Source: Candidatus Micrarchaeota archaeon
GTDB taxonomy: Archaea; Micrarchaeota; Micrarchaeia; Micrarchaeales; CABMGC01
Direction of reading: 5' to 3'
Length of the DNA: 43,901 nt
NCBI GenBank assembly: GCA_030040265.1
Contig: JASHUB010000069.1
Location: 1-43,901 of the forward strand
Shown here: piece by piece, positions 42,801 through 43,901 of the stretch
Layout of the letters: the number at the start of each line of letters is the position of its first letter
Position numbering within the stretch: position 1 is the first letter of the stretch
Position numbers and translations under genes: made by a program
Notes under the pieces: generated by a model
Told to the model about the DNA's origin: nothing
The model's database searches: none
What the model saw: the letters and a program-made list of their open reading frames with translations, nothing else

Positions 42801-43139
42801 TTACTTGCCCCTGTAGCTCTCCACTACGGCCAGGGCCTTTGTGACAACGTCGTCTTCGACTGTCTTCTTTTCTATAATAAGTACCTGCTTGAGCTGGGTG
42901 ATGTCCAGGGGCATGATGTCGACCACCTTGGTGGCGCCCTTTGCGCTGAGCCCCAGCTCTTCTAGCTCCTTCCGCATCTTCTTTGACTTGCCCTCGTCCA
43001 GCTTTGCGAACTTCTTTGCGTAATCGTAAGCGAGCTGCTGCTCGTATCCTAGCTCCCCGGCCTTCTTCCTTGCCTCTAGTATCTCCAGTACCTCCGGAAG
43101 TGATACTACCTGGCTCTCGGAGCCATTCTTTCCAATCAT
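42801..43139 (-). CDS. rpoF: DNA-directed RNA polymerase subunit F (Rpo4)
   Basis: 112 aa. VSLPEVLEILEARKKAGELGYEQQLAYDYAKKF...ELEELGLS..A.KVVDIMP fits the Rpo4/RpoF pattern. Immediately upstream of DUF655, as in the conserved archaeal cluster. Confidence 0.78.
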   Translation of the reverse strand: MIGKNGSESQVVSLPEVLEILEARKKAGELGYEQQLAYDYAKKFAKLDEGKSKKMRKELEELGLSAKGATKVVDIMPLDITQLKQVLIIEKKTVEDDVVTKALAVVESYRGK

Positions 43140-43224
43140 GTCTACACCGTCACATTATATGACCTAAGTGCATTATTAAACCTTTTCATTGTATTATCCA
43201 ATGTAAGTTTCCGAGAGTGAATCG

Positions 43225-43901
43225 ATGGATACGCACGAGATGTTCGATGCAATACTCAAGGAGATGAAGAACCACATAGCCGGAAAAACCGAGGTTCTAG
43301 AGCTGCTTTTCATAGCGCTGGTCGCGGACGGCCACGCGCTGCTCGAAGGAGTGCCGGGAGTGGCGAAAACGACAACCACCAAGACCCTTGCTTCGATCAT
43401 CCAGGCGGATTTCAAGAGGATACAGTGCACAGGCGACCTCGACCTCAGGGACATAAACGGCTACACATACATGGACGAGACCGATGGCAAGATAAAGTTC
43501 CACCAGGGCCCCGTGTTCACGAACATACTTCTCGCCGACGAATTGAACAGGGCTGCCCCGAAGACAATGAACGGGTTGCTCGAGACCCTCGAGGAGAAGC
43601 AGGTGACCACTGGCGGCGAGACAATGAAGTTGCCGAGGCCTTTCATCGCTTTTGCGACGCAGAACCCTCTCAACATAGAGGGCACCATCCCGATACCGAA
43701 GGTGCTCTCGGACAGGTTCCTCATCCGGATAGAGGTCAAGTACCCGACCATGGAGGAGGAGCAGAACATGCTCAGGATAAAGGAAAGGGAGGAGAAGATA
43801 GAGGCGAAGAAGATAGCCACCACCGGCGACATAGTCAGGATGCAGGAGGATGCAAAGACCGTCGAGATGCCTGACGACGTGGTCCAGTACATAACCAAGC
43901 T
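43225..43901 (+). CDS. MoxR-family AAA+ ATPase (3' end outside the window; absent from the ORF track because no stop is reached)
   Basis: Hand translation from the ATG at 43225 gives MDTHEMFDAILKEMKNHIAGKTEVLELLFIALVADGHALLEGVPGVAKTTTTKTLA (Walker A), NILLADELNRAAPKTMNGLLETLEEKQVT (Walker B/sensor), and FIAFATQNPLNIEGT. The frame is open to the window edge. Confidence 0.85.
   Translation, partial: MDTHEMFDAILKEMKNHIAGKTEVLELLFIALVADGHALLEGVPGVAKTTTTKTLASIIQADFKRIQCTGDLDLRDINGYTYMDETDGKIKFHQGPVFTNILLADELNRAAPKTMNGLLETLEEKQVTTGGETMKLPRPFIAFATQNPLNIEGTIPIPKVLSDRFLIRIEVKYPTMEEEQNMLRIKEREEKIEAKKIATTGDIVRMQEDAKTVEMPDDVVQYITK

Noticed and set aside
43194-43898. ORF-track entries 43425-43874 (+), 43194-43454 (-) and 43461-43898 (-) at the right edge.
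   Set aside because: The plus-strand frame starting at ATG 43225 encodes an unmistakable MoxR AAA+ ATPase that runs off the window. The listed ORFs are out-of-frame or antisense shadows with Arg/Gly-rich or Ser-rich junk products.
1-43901. tRNA, rRNA, SRP RNA, RNase P RNA and CRISPR arrays.
   Set aside because: Intergenic spacers are short and none shows cloverleaf-compatible stems, conserved rRNA sequence or short direct repeats with unique spacers. This was checked by eye only; tRNAscan-SE or Infernal would be decisive.

Overview
This is a compact, gene-dense archaeal chromosome segment. Hallmarks are RFC small subunit, Topo VI-A, membrane LonB, aIF6, prefoldin alpha, ribosomal proteins L31e/L39e/S19e/L21e, RpoL/RpoF, Pelota, and an HMG-CoA synthase/thiolase/DUF35 trio. 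Sequence is fairly GC-rich with a by-eye preference for AGG (Arg) and ATA (Ile). Many genes carry an AT-rich TATA-like box about 25-40 nt upstream of the start, implying short or absent leaders. I found no rRNA, tRNA, CRISPR array, transposase or integrase.

Most of the window is ordinary housekeeping. Three things stand out. (1) A 5.45-kb single-gene insertion (34824-40273) is flanked by two copies of the last 9 codons plus stop of rpl21e, and the copies differ only at synonymous or stop positions. (2) The inserted gene encodes a 1776-aa protein with ten tandem 88-89-aa repeats of an unrecognised module, alternating between two subtypes, fused to a beta-rich middle region and a C-terminal SNF2-type ATPase. 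This is my best candidate for an undescribed system. (3) A 106-aa TATA-binding protein has only one TBP repeat instead of the usual two.

Secondary observations: a pentapeptide-repeat protein lies directly downstream of top6A with no top6B nearby. A low-GC rpiB overlaps an orphan FlaI/PilB-type ATPase. A type-IV-pilin-like putative glycoprotein and several ORFan genes are also present. Organism identity cannot be fixed from the sequence alone; a DPANN/Micrarchaeota-like or Thermoplasmata-like archaeon is only a guess.
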